A stretch of 64,000 nucleotides of DNA from Daphnia carinata (lineage: Eukaryota), in the NCBI RefSeq assembly GCF_022539665.2, contig NC_081331.1:3162001-3226000 (forward strand). The letters are read 5' to 3'. The notes under the pieces are model-generated. The model saw only the letters and a list, made by a program, of their open reading frames with translations, did no database searches and was not told where the DNA came from. Positions 51,899-63,418 of the stretch are shown piece after piece. A program made the translations under genes and the position numbers. Position 1 is the stretch's first letter. Each line of letters begins with the position of its first letter.

Positions 51899-52918
51899 CT
51901 GCTTCTCTTGCTAAAGAACAACTTGTCCTTTACGTTCAGAGTGTTGGTGAAGCTGGGTACTTAAATGGCTCTAAAGATGTTTCAATTTGCTGGCATTGCA
52001 GCGATGAACATCATACATGGACTCTTAAGGTATGAAAGGAATTTTCTTGAAAATTTTTTGAATTTATGACGAAGCATTTCTCCTCCTTTTTGCCACCCAT
52101 GTCTAATCTAAAAAAAAAAATTTATCCAGTAGGAAAGGATTTACAGCATACTGGGAACACAACTATCAACAATGCAACATTCTATGGGTGCTATTTTATC
52201 ATTCAAGAGCCTTATACAATGATTTTTATCTGCAATTTGTATGGCCTTTCCCAAGCTTCTGCCATAAGTTGAATCTATAAGTCATGTAAGTCACATGAGC
52301 AACAATTGAGATGCTTAATGGTGTTGTTTTTCTTTTCTCAGTATAGGTTAAAGAGTTAAGACAATCTAGCACATTGTCTAATGAGAAGTACCATCTTGTG
52401 TTAATAAATCCAGTACAACAGCAATCCTTTATAGTTCTGTCACAGCTAGAAACCTCAAATAATTCTGCTTCTCTGTCTAAAGAACAACTTGTCCTTTACG
52501 TTCAGAGTGTTGGGGAAACTGGGTACTTAAATGGCCCTAAAGATGTTTTAATTTTGCTGCCATTGCAGAGATGAACATCATACATGGACTCTTTAGGTAT
52601 GAAAGGATTTTTCTTCAAATAATTTTGAATTTATGACGAAGAATTTCTCCTCCTTTTTGCCAACCAGGTCTAATCTACCAAAAAAAATTTTATCCAATAG
52701 GAAAGGATTTTCATGTACTGGGAACACAACTATCAACAATGCAACATTGTACAGGTGCTAGTTTATCATTCAAGAGCCTTATACAATGATGTTAATCTGC
52801 AATTTGTATGTCCTTCCCCAAGCTTCCACCAGAAGTTGAATCTATGAGTCATGTAAGTTACATGATCAACAGTTGATATGTTTAACGATGTTGTTTTTCT
52901 TTTCTCAATATAGGTTAA
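51899..52918 (+). repeat. Internal ~453-bp direct duplication in the left arm only
   Basis: Copy 1 51899-52351 and copy 2 52465-52918 (ctgcttctc..ctaaagaacaacttgtcc...tataggttaa). The right arm has one copy, which matches copy 2 more closely. Confidence 0.85.
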
Positions 52919-53714
52919 TAGTAACATTGGATCTGAAAAAATTCTTGGTTGGGGCAAGACACTGAATAAATTGTATTGATTGGATGGATGACATGACATT
53001 TCTATACTTAATTCGGATTCCCCAGACGGTATTTGATATTAAAAAAATTGAAGTGCATATCTGGGCTCCCTTCTTTTCTGAAGCCCCGTTTCCCCTTGAC
53101 TCGTAATAAGCCCGTAGGGGGTCATGCCCCTACTGTACGGTATATATAAAAACAACATATACCGAGGTTTGGAGGGCTCTGGCCGGAAAGGGGACGTGGG
53201 GTGCTGCTTAGTCCGATGATGTGTTCACGGAGGGCGATGTGGCTACCCACAAATCCGAACTAAAGGTTAATCGCTCCTGTAAAAATGTTCCAAATCTTCA
53301 GCTCTTCTTCCGGCTTCTCTTAGCCAATCACCGGGTAATCTCCCCGGTGGGTCAACAAGGCAGTGTCTCCCCCTGCCTGGGTTGACGGCAACTTTTGAAA
53401 GGGCTATTGTGCCTTTTTAAAGTTGCAAAAATAATTGTAATGTGCAGAGAATTGTTAATAAATTTTTTTTTATAAAACTTTTTTGCAAAATTTGTTTCCT
53501 TCATTGTCTGTGTTCACACATTACATTTATCATCTTTTTTTTTTATTCAGCTTGCGCAATTCAATTTTATTGTTTTTGCCACCGTTGTATCGTTTATCTG
53601 TAAGTATTCAATTATTATTTATTACACTTTTTGAATTCATGAACTTAGACAAGGAACAACGTGTAATACCTTGATATTTTCTGAAGAAATTTTGTATTTG
53701 TATATTGTTTTACT

Positions 53715-53780
53715 GGCATGGGAATCGATCCTCAGACATTCAGCGTGCAACGCCGATGCTCTAACATTGAGCCACGAGAT
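53715..53780 (-). other. Degenerate tRNA-like module (Pol III A/B box)
   Basis: Minus strand TGGCTCAATGTTAGAGC-A-TCGGCG-TTGCA-CGCTGA-ATGTCTGA-GGATCGATTCC; no good acceptor stem. Confidence 0.6.
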
Positions 53781-53877
53781 ATATATAAATTTTTTATTAT
53801 CGCATATCATATGTTATCGTCTAGGATGTTTATGCAGTCTTTCACAACTATATGTTTATCTTTGTATTGCTTTTATA

Positions 53878-53947
53878 ATGTCCATAGCACTGTGGTAGAG
53901 CATTCAGCTGCGATAACTGTTACCCTGGGTTCAAACCTTACTAGATG
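53878..53947 (+). other. Degenerate tRNA-like module (Pol III A/B box)
   Basis: TAGCACTGTGGTAGAGC...CAGCT-GCGAT-AACTG...GGGTTCAAACC; weak acceptor and T stems. Confidence 0.5.
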
Positions 53948-54062
53948 TATAAAAATCTACATCTAAATGGAGAAAATAATATTGCAGTATTGCATTTCAG
54001 TTTTATTCAAAGTGTAAATGCAAGTCCGCAAGTGACTAGAAAAAAGCCAACTTAACATCATA

Positions 54063-54130
54063 TGATTCATGGCTCATTGGTAAAGCATCGGCGCGGAATG
54101 CCGAACATCTAGGGTTCGATCCCTGGATAA
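54063..54130 (+). other. Degenerate tRNA-like module (Pol III A/B box)
   Basis: TGGCTCATTGGTAAAGC-A-TCGGCG-CGGAA-TGCCGA-ACAT-CTAGGG-TTCGAT-CCCTGG: intact T arm and anticodon-like stem, non-canonical loop. Confidence 0.65.
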
Positions 54131-55422
54131 TAATTGAATGCTTACAGATAAACTATGCTTACAGGAAACAATGCTTACCATTAAACGTGGGATAAACAAT
54201 AAAGGAGAATTAAGAAGGCTAAATAAAAAAAAGATGATAAATGTAATGTGTGAAAACAGACAGTGAAAGAAACAAATTTTGCAAAAAAATTTTATAAAAA
54301 AAAATTTATTAACAATTCTCTGCACATTACAATTATTTTTGCAACTTTAAAAAGGCACAATAGCCCTTTCAAAAGTTGCCGTCAACCCAGGCAGGGGGAG
54401 ACACTGCCTTGTTGACCCACCGGGGAGATTACCCGGTGATTGGCTAAGAGAAGCCGGAAGAAGAGCTGAAGATTTGGAACATTTTTACAGGAGCGATTAA
54501 CCTTTAGTTCGGATTTGTGGGTAGCCACATCGCCCTCCGTGAACACATCATCGGACTAAGCAGCACCCCACGTCCCCTTTCCGGCCAGAGCCCTCCAAAC
54601 CTCGGTATATGTTATTTTTATATATACCGTACAGTAGGGGCATGACCCCCTACGGGCTTATTACGAGTCAAGGGGAAACGGGGCTTCAGAAAAGAAGGGA
54701 GCCCAGATATGCACTTCAATTTTTTTAATATCAAATACCGTCTGGGGAATCCGAATTAAGTATAGAAATGTCATGTCATCCATCCAATCAATACAATTTA
54801 TTCAGTGTCTTGCCCCAACCAAGAATTTTTTCAGATCCAATGTTACTATTAACCTATATTGAGAAAAGAAAAACAACACCGTTAAACATATCAACTGTTG
54901 ATCATGTAACTTACATGACTCATAGATTCAACTTCTGGTGGAAGCTTGGGGAAGGACATACAAATTGCAGATTAACATCATTGTATAAGGCTCTTGAATG
55001 ATAAACTAGCACCTGTAGAATGTTGCATTGTTGATAGTTGTGTTCCCAGTACATGAAAATCCTTTCCTATTAGATAAAATTTTTTTTGGTAGATTAGAAC
55101 TGGTTGGCAAAAAGGAGGAGAAATTCTTCGTCATAAATTCAAAATTATTTGAAGAAAAATCCTTTCATACCTAAAGAGTCCATGTATGATGTTCATCTCT
55201 GCAATCGCAGCAAAATTAAAACATCTTTAGGGCCATTTAAGTACCCAGTTTCCCCAACACTCTGAACGTAAAGGACAAGTTGTTCTTTAGACAGAGAAGC
55301 AGAATTATTTGAGGCTTCTAGCTGTGACAGAACTATAAAGGATTGCTGTTGTACTGGATTCATTAACACAAGATGGTACTTCTCATTAGGCAATTTGCAT
55401 TACTCTATTAATTTACCTCACA

Positions 55423-56220
55423 CCTTAACGGTAATGCACTCTCAGTGTTTTTTCATCTGTAGGCTCACTCTTATACCCTGTAACACTTCCAGACTTGACT
55501 TGATCCCCCACTAAAATTCTGTGAATGCAAAATAATAGCATTAAAAATACTTTTTCGATAGACAAAAAACCGAAAAGTACCTAATCCATGTTTCATGTTG
55601 AACTTGTGCCATTTCTGGGTTTCTGTACCACACCCATTTTCAGCCCAAACACGGTCCCACAATTGTTCAGTTCCTTCACTGCATGGGCTTATTACTAAGG
55701 ATTCTTTTAGTGGAGCACTAACAGAATTTAAATTTAACACACTGTCAGGTGGTGGACTGAATAACTAAACAATAAATAATTGTTTTTTAAAATTCTATAC
55801 TTATTTTGAATTCTAATTTGAAAAGTTTAGGTACCTGGCTGTGTCGCCTAATGCCAACTCATCCTCACGTTCAGTTAGGGATGAGTTTTGAAAAACCTCC
55901 TTCACTGTTTGGAAACTGTTTCATTCCAATTTGTTCTTTTCCCCTAGCTGAGCTTGTAGACTCAAAATTTGAGCTACAAAACACGAATGAATAAAAGCAA
56001 ATAAATAGAATCATTACGTATTAGGCCTACGATCCTTAGCTTTGTTGTTATCTAATATTTTGTGTTGTTCCAATAACTGGGTCTGCAGCTTCATAATTTG
56101 ATCTAATAAACAATAACTAATAATTGAAAACCAATATAATAATGTTTATACTTACCATTTTTTTGTTTTATTATCTTATCCATTTTTCAATTGTTCCTCC
56201 AGCCACGCGTTATTCTCCAT
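55423..56220 (-). pseudogene. Mirror copy of the decayed coiled-coil gene in the right arm
   Basis: Same exon layout on the minus strand but different lesions: in-frame TGA at ~55921-55923 and a 1-nt deletion near 55845. It retains the CAG|gtacct donor lost on the left. Confidence 0.6.
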
Positions 56221-56850
56221 CCACGCTACTGAACTAACTGCGAATGGAATCCAATGGACTGAAATTGCCTACGCCAGTAATAACGAGTCTGAGCGGTAGA
56301 TGGCTACGTGTCGGAAAAAAAGAAAAAAGTGTGATTTTTTTTTTTTTGGGCGAAATTTTTTTTTTTTTTTTTTTTGTAAAACGGATTGCCATAATATCCT
56401 TCTCATTTTTACGAAAATCATCAAAAAGCGACATCTTTCAGAATTCGAAAAAAGTACACACGGAAGACTCAACATTGAACGCCAATTCTTACTAGCATGT
56501 TAGTTTTTCCGTAATCTATTAGGCTATTGAATTATGCGCAATCAAAATAGTTATATTGCTATTAAACGAGCTAATTACGCTTATTTGGATGGTGCGAGGG
56601 GCGGGAGATGGTATATTGTCATTCGATGTCAGTGTTAGTTCTCCATAAAATTCCCGAAATAAATGCTAAGGCAGAGAATAATATAAACAATAATCTTTTC
56701 TACGAAATGTATTAAATTAAGCAACGTTACAGTGTTGCGGATTACGTCCTAGAGGCTAAAACATTGGTTAATATTTTGATGTAGCTAAGTTATGTTCGGC
56801 AACTTAATCTCCATGCTGACGACCTCCTCAAATGTCCCAATTAGCTTTTC

Positions 56851-57624
56851 TTATGGGCACTGTAAAAACCCCGGCGTAGAACAAGCTGGGGTCGAGGTGG
56901 ATGTAGTGACCGTAAAGCTCGTTATGGTAAATGTTGACGTAAAAGTGTACACAACTCCTGGGAGAGCAGGAAAAAAATTTGGGCTTCCGAAGAAAGAAGC
57001 TGCTGGATTTCCATTGAGGTTGACTCCAAAAATGCGTTGCTGTCCAAATGCAGGTTGTGGATATGAATCATCGCGGAGAGAAATGGAGTGATAGTTGAAT
57101 GGGTTGGTATTTATACCAGATTGGATCTCTTGACCGTAGTAGGAAAGTGGAGACATGGCATACTGTGGATCTGCAGCCCTTTCCTCTCGATTTGGCACTG
57201 CGGTAGCTTCAAGTCTTTTATCGCCCCCAAAAAATTTAATATACATGTATGTTACAGCTTTAGTTTTGCACAGTGTTGGATAATAAATTAGGAAGACTAG
57301 TTACCCTTGGACAGGAGTGGGGTGGACAGGAAATTGTTCTTCGTTTTCATTTTTTCCTCTTCGACCACGAAGAAGAAAAGCCGGACCCGGTGCTGGTGCC
57401 GGTGCCGGTGCTGGTGCTGGTGCCGGTGCCGGTGCTGCGCAGGCCGTAGTGGATTTTGTACAAGAAACAACAAAAGTTGACGTAGTCGTGGTCGTTTGCG
57501 TCGTCAGGGAAATCTTCGGTTTGAATAAAACTCTTGCGTCTACGGCATTATACCTGTAGTTTTCAGCTTTTGTCATAGCCGCGCAAGCAGCAAACAAAAT
57601 TGCGATAGATATAATGAGACGCAT
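56851..57624 (-). CDS. Small secreted Thr-rich / Pro-Ala-repeat protein, 227 aa, probably lineage-specific
   Basis: Exons 57624-57305 and 57214-56851 (90-nt phase-2 intron, ...PVQG|LEATAVP...). Signal peptide MRLIISIAILFAACAAMTKA; two Thr-rich blocks each followed by a Cys pair (CTKSTTAC; CSTPGFLQCP*); basic RGRRG site. Confidence 0.82.
57388..57436 (-). repeat. Coding hexamer repeat (GGTGCY)n encoding (PA)n
   Basis: ggtgctggtgccggtgccggtgctggtgctggtgccggtgccggtgct on the plus strand. Confidence 0.9.
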
Positions 57625-57694
57625 TTCTTATTTCTAAGTAATGTTAACTTAAACGAATCAAGTCGAGTCAGTTGCTTAAGACGAGCAGCTCGCA

Positions 57695-57731
57695 AACTGT
57701 CGAGGAAAAAGTCTTACACTGCCCTTTTATA
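57695..57731 (-). promoter_or_regulatory. TATA box plus Inr-like core promoter of the secreted-protein gene
   Basis: Minus-strand TATAAAAG at 57731-57724, with ACAGTT (arthropod Inr-like) about 30 nt downstream and ~75 nt upstream of the ATG. Confidence 0.6.
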
Positions 57732-59878
57732 CAAATTCAGTGCGCTGAATTTCGGTTGAACGAACGCCGATGATCGGAAAGTATTCACAGATATACAAAA
57801 AGGAATTGGAAAAATGGCAGAAAACTCATTTCGGCAATAAAATTTGCTAAATCATTCGAAACAAATTTATGAAAGAAAAGAAGATGACTGCGCTCTTGAA
57901 AACGTGCATGTTAAATAGTTTTAACCCGGGAGCTGGGTCCAGACAACAATGTCATGATCAACAAGGTCATGTTTCTTGTCATTGTTGTCGAGCTCTAAGC
58001 AAAAAACAACCAAATAATTTTTTTTTTAGTGGACCTCCTCAATTGTTTTTCAGCGCCAGGTGGACAAGAAACCAAAAAAAGAGAACCTTGATGGTGCAAG
58101 TAGCTCTATTGTTAAGTATTTTCCTACAATTGCCGCATAAAGAAATAGACGATTGGCAGGATTTCGAAGGGTCGTTGCACTTAGTAATTTTTTTAATGAC
58201 AAAAAACAATTTAGAACTAAAGAATTTGAAACGTTTGCTTCCGCAGGGATCTTTTTTGTATGGGATAAGTGCTTGCTTGGAATTGACGATTAAGTTTTCA
58301 AACTAGATTATTTAAAAACAAAGTTTCTTCATCTTGCCACATTGCAACGTCCGGTAGCAGATCTTTAAACACACACCTCTATACGAAAAGGAATAAAGAA
58401 GAAAGACATCGAACTTAACAGTTTGAAAGTGGGCGGCGGTAGCTAATGTGATACAGAAATATTCAACTATATAAAAATCGTTGAACGGCAAAACATTCTG
58501 AAGGTCAATATGAAAGAATGCCCCATAACAAAAAACTAAAACGGACGGTTAAGATCAGGCAGGTTGGATCGGAATCGTTTAGCATAAAACATTATAGGAA
58601 GATTTAAATTTTGCCTTAATTCACCCTCAATGAAGTATTTTGAACAAACGGAACACACGGACCTCGTTTGTTGAAGTTAAGGTAAACTGCATTGCCTACT
58701 TTTTGCCTCCTTGATATTGTATGGTCAATACGACGAACGAAGTAATGAATCCGATCGATTTACAAGGCAGGAGCTTAATTAAGTGGCTTAATAGTTGACT
58801 GCATAAGAAATCTAAATGAAATTGAGTAAACCGAAACGGACCGTGTAGGAAAACAAAAAGCTTTCGCGATCGTCTGTTAACCATGATGTTTGCAAGTCTA
58901 CAACCTGCTAATTAATCCACTTGTTTACCTTCTACTATTACGTGTCCGAAGGCTTCGAAGGAAGATAAGATTGCTTATTTCTGGAACATCTTTTAAGTTT
59001 TCGTACAAATTTTGTTGTGTACAGGAATATCCAGAGCATTACTGTAGGAGAAAAAAAGTGAGTGAATGTGCATGTAGCATACAAACATGCAGATACATCA
59101 GTTTTATACCTAAAAAATTTATTGGTTCACCAAGGGTCATCTAAAATTGATTATGTCCTGTTTCTATTGGGAACACTGCGACTATTTGCGTTACTAGAAT
59201 TTCAACAAGGAAAATATTAGCTAACTTTAAACCAAAATTAGAAAATTTAATAGAACCTGCTAGAAGCGTAATGCTAAATGTTGTTGCATTACGAACCAAT
59301 CTGGTTACCAAACACTAAAACAACCAACTCGTTAATCAAAACTGTAACGCCACTATTTACACTTACCCATGTCCGCAAATTTGTATCCGGAAGACATCGA
59401 GATCTAAGAATTTAGCAAAACTAAACAGAGCAAAACATAACTCCTCACCATTACAACTGTAACGCGGGATCGCAAGCGTAGAGTTCTACACGTCTCAACG
59501 AATGAACGAACACACCACATTTCCAATACATCCATCATCGTGCCCTCAATCCATCTTCATCTCACTGTTACGAAAACAATGAAGAATATTTTTCGTCAAA
59601 ATGGACTTTAATGTTTCGACAGTTGTCCACAGTTTTATTATTCCATTTCCGTCAATCGCACGTGATCCCAACGTGCATTCAATTACAGAACGCAGAAATC
59701 TTTTAAAAACAGTTCTCAATTCAGTCCAGTTTAACAAAAGAGACCGCATCAGATTTTCCTTAAAAATGGAGCCCGGGTGAAGTGATTTTTCACGAATCAT
59801 TTTCTCCCCACCTCATCAGCTTCAAACGAAATTTTGTTAATTTGGGCAGACAAAAAAAGTACGACGGGCAAGTCTTGC

Positions 59879-60921
59879 TTAGTAAGGTGCGAAAAATGCT
59901 GCTCTCCTTCCTCTGTTAAAAGTATTGGAAAAACTTGTAAAAAAAATCTAAATTTTAAAATGTTTAGCCAAATGGCCCAATAACATCAAACCTAGGTCTC
60001 CTCATTGGTCTGAACCCGAAAGAAGGAAACGCACGAGTGCCTCTTGCCCCACGGCCTCTAGCACCTCTTGGAGGTCTGTTGCTTGAACTGATTCCTGGTC
60101 TGTTGGTGCGTTTTAACATGACCTAGAGAGAAAATTCATTAATACATAAGTATAAGTATAAGTAATCAAACCCTTCATACAACCGTCATATCATTTTACC
60201 GCATTAGCCTGAAGCCATGCCTACTTACTTTGATCTGTCGGCCCCGAAAGAGAGATTCGTCCAGTGCCATGGCAGTTTGCACAGAATCTTTGTCACCAAA
60301 TTCAATGTAGGCAAATCCTTTTGGTTGGCCATCCCATTTGTTACACAGTATTGTAACTCTGTTGATGGAACCACAACCATGGAAATGTTGCTCTAGTTCC
60401 TCTGCAGTTGCCCCATAATCCACCTGAATCAATTTTATCACTTGTTAACAACAGTTTAAAGGGTGTTGATTATTAGCTTACATTTCCAACAAAGACTGAT
60501 CGTGCATCAACTTCCATCTTTTCTTCGACTGACATGTTGGGTGAACTTGCTAAAATACAAGAAAGGAACCAGCTTAGAATAAATAAAATGTTCTTGAGAA
60601 GTGTTGCATAAACACTTACCAACACCCTGTGGACTGTTAATTTGTTTCTCCACCTCTGACTGAAGCATTTTCAATTTCTCAGCTTCTTCTTCCATTTCCC
60701 TAACACGGGCCTTGATTGCCTCCAATTCCTACAGAAAAGAAAAATTAGAATGCATTTTCAGCCATTCTCTGAGACATCTTATCACTCACAGGGTCTTCCA
60801 TCATGGAATCAGTGTCTCCAGCACCATTATCTCCAGTGAAGTCATTAGTGTCTTGAAGGTTTTCTGATTCATATGCTTCATGGTCTAATTCTTCCATCTT
60901 TAGCTGATCTGCTCCCGCCAT
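59879..60921 (-). CDS. Pabp2: Nuclear poly(A)-binding protein 2 (PABPN1), 222 aa
   Basis: Exons 60921-60790, 60728-60620, 60549-60482, 60423-60229, 60122-59992, 59912-59879. [23 protein letters not shown] helix, RRM ([19 protein letters not shown]), Arg/Gly-rich tail ending FAPY*. Probable 5'UTR intron 61124-60926. Confidence 0.96.
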
Positions 60922-61464
60922 GGCTCTAGATTAAATAAGTAAAAAAGCTAAGAATAAATACATAAGGTTTGTTTTGACGTTTTGTAGTTTCAAAAGCTGC
61001 ATTAAAGTAGACCACGCATTTCATCCAGACGAGCGTGAAAAACTGTAAACAACTCGCACATGAGGATTTAGTTAAAAATTTAAATAGCTATTCTCCCACT
61101 AACTATTTAATTAAAGATCTTTACCTTTTCTTTCTCCAAGTTGACCACTAAATGATGTATTTAACCATATAACTTTCACGCCGGTTCCAAAAGTTTAAGA
61201 CGATTTATTTCGGCTTGACGCCACGCTGCAGGCGGGGTTGCCTTGGGTATTTTGTTTAAAATTCATTAACAAAATGAATTTTCTTTTATCTGTGGTATTT
61301 ACGGCTTGCAATAAATTTAAAGTAATTATTTTTTATGAGTGGCACTGCTTGATGATTTGCGTTTGTAAAATATGCGCATTTTTTTATTTCATAAAAGCAG
61401 AGATTTTTTTTTAGCTGCAAGTTCAGCCTGACAGTTCCTACGTTTAGTCGACAAATCCAGCCGC

Positions 61465-61472
61465 AGATGGCG
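61465..61472. promoter_or_regulatory. AGATGGCG (YY1/Pho-like core) upstream of Pabp2
   Basis: GC-rich patch upstream of the probable Pabp2 5'UTR exon, bracketed by two GTCGAC palindromes. Confidence 0.35.
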
Positions 61473-61965
61473 TCGACCTAAATATTCGATACCCGCTTCG
61501 TTTGAGCATCAAACCAAATCATTCCTTTCTCAGCTCAGAACTTCTTTCTAAAGATGAATAACACTTTTTCTTTTGTTTCTTCCTATGTATTAAATTTTCA
61601 AATTAATATGTTATTATAGTATAAGCAATTGACTGCTAATGTATGCCCCGGATAGATCATCATTTTTTCTTTTTAACTTTGAGATTTAGAAACAGGATAA
61701 AGATAAATGATAAAAATTATTAAATTTAACATTGCATCTTCAGTTGTGTATAAGAAAAATTTAAAAAAAATGTTACAATTTATTCAATGCGGACGGATAG
61801 ATAGACTTTACTCTGGTCTTAGACGGGTTCCAAAGCAACAAAGAATAATGCTAAAATATGAGACATAAATTAAATGTTATCAGACCTGACGTGACTGAGA
61901 ATTCACATAGTGCTAGATGCCGAAAAACAAAAAGAATTTGATTATTTATTGTTTGAATTGGCTTA

Positions 61966-63418
61966 TTAGTAGTCTTGAAAAGCGTTGTTCTTTCTAGCGC
62001 GCCGAGTTTTAATTTTCGATAGTGTTTCATACGCAGCGCTAAACTCCATAAATTTTTCTTGAGCTTCTAGTTTCTTATCGGCATCTACGTAACGATCAGG
62101 GTGCCATTCCTTGGATAGCTTCCGCCACTTAGCAGTGATTTCTACTTGTGTTGCATTATTTTCAAGCCCCAAGACCTATGTTGGAAAGCGACAGGATCTA
62201 GTATTTCTGAAAGGTGTCCACTGTACCAAAATAAGTTTACCTTTAATGCTTGGTGTTCACCAAATGGGTCCAAATCATCCATAAACTGTTTCCACGTTTC
62301 CTGCCATCCTCGATGCCACAGCGAGTTAATTAACGTGTGGAAAGTACGTTTGAAATCCGTCCATAGCGGCGAGGTCAGGAAATTTGCCACTCCTTTATTT
62401 TCGTAATCATATTTAAAAAATTGTTTTAAGTAATTCACACGCTACTTTACCATCGCGGAATTTTATGGATTCACCAGATGAGTCTGTCATCTCGGCATTG
62501 AAATACAGATACGATAACCAAAGACAAGAGTACAGAAGTACACATACGCCCAGCATACACATCCTCCTATTAGAGAAACATTTTATTTGTAAGGTACTAA
62601 TCACCATTTGATAGTTGTTTAAGCTTTTTCACAGTGCTTCAACCTGCATAAATTATGTTTAGGCTTTGGTTTCCTTCTCCATTGAGCAGCTTTGGCTTCA
62701 AACAATGCAGAAGAAAGAAATGCTGCAATTGAGATCCCTTCAACATCAAAAAATTTAAGGATTAATAGGGATGAAGCTCCTATTAATGGATAAAGAAAAG
62801 ATCCATGAATTCTCCCAACATTTCCAACAGCATGCACCCCTAGTAAATAGCAAACAGGTATTAACAATTTGTTTTAATAAATAATGATACTTATACAACC
62901 TAAAGCAATAGCAACTGGTATGAAGAATTCAAGAAAGCTGAAATCAATGCCAAACACCTTTTCTTCTGGAATAGCTAACTGGAAAATCCATCCCTGTTGA
63001 TATAAGTTGAGAAACTACAGTGGCACAAATATTTACTTTTCTAAGAATACCCAAAGATTTCCAACAACAACTCCTCCAAATTGCCTGAAAATATTGTACG
63101 GAGGCTGTCAAAAAAGGAAAAATATTGTTTATAGAACATATTTTCATGTATTTTGTGTTTTAATAATTATTATACCACCTTCTTTTTCTTCTTCATGTTT
63201 TTGATCAATTCTTCAATGTATCCGGGATCTTCATTGGCATCTTTGACGTATTCAGGAATCCTCCATAAATCTCTGAGCAAACCAAACCCTAAATAGCCTG
63301 CTGCCGAAGACCAAATTAAAAACGCATGCCTATCTCGGCGTAAATAGATCTGGTGGAGCCCAAACCAGCCTCCAATCAACCACAACAAGTAGGTGACACA
63401 TACACTCTTTTCAGCCAT
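61966..63418 (-). CDS. DNAJC22: DnaJ homolog subfamily C member 22 (wurst-like): TM2 domain, TM helices, C-terminal J-domain, ~353 aa
   Basis: Exons 63418-63179 (alt donor 63176), 63104-63051, 62993-62900, 62839-62644, 62566-62451, 62392-62241, 62175-61966, phase-consistent. TM2 motif YLLWLIGGWFGLHQIYLRRD..RDLWRIPEYV; J-domain with WHPD and EKFMEFSAAYETLS. Confidence 0.93.

Larger units (their letters stand above)
50802..56390. mobile_element. ~5.6-kb foldback/palindromic element with ~2.3-2.9-kb inverted arms; non-autonomous, no transposase recognised
   Basis: Left arm 50802-~53610 is the reverse complement of right arm ~54130-56390; the ORF track shows mirrored ORFs (52766-52999/54768-55001, 52374-52574/55193-55393, 51576-51761/55471-55740). 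Termini GGCAATCCGTTTTAC...GTAAAACGGATTGCC are flanked by AT on both sides. Confidence 0.88.

Noticed and set aside
53715..54130. Functional tRNA genes
   Set aside because: Acceptor stems are broken and anticodon loops are non-canonical; kept only as tRNA-like modules.
54464..54482. CTGAAGA...GAAC as a minimal hammerhead ribozyme (Penelope/retrozyme idea)
   Set aside because: No stem II, GAAC instead of GAAA, and no stem I/III pairing found.
54490..54560. Telomerase RNA (TAACCT near a pseudoknot)
   Set aside because: Only 6 nt match the TTAGG template, it sits inside the putative pseudoknot, and the locus is a duplicated element arm.
59721..59820. C/D-box snoRNA or hammerhead in the Pabp2 3'UTR (minus-strand CTGATGA...CTGA)
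   Set aside because: Box C lacks the leading purine, there is no terminal stem or stem II, and it is not intronic.
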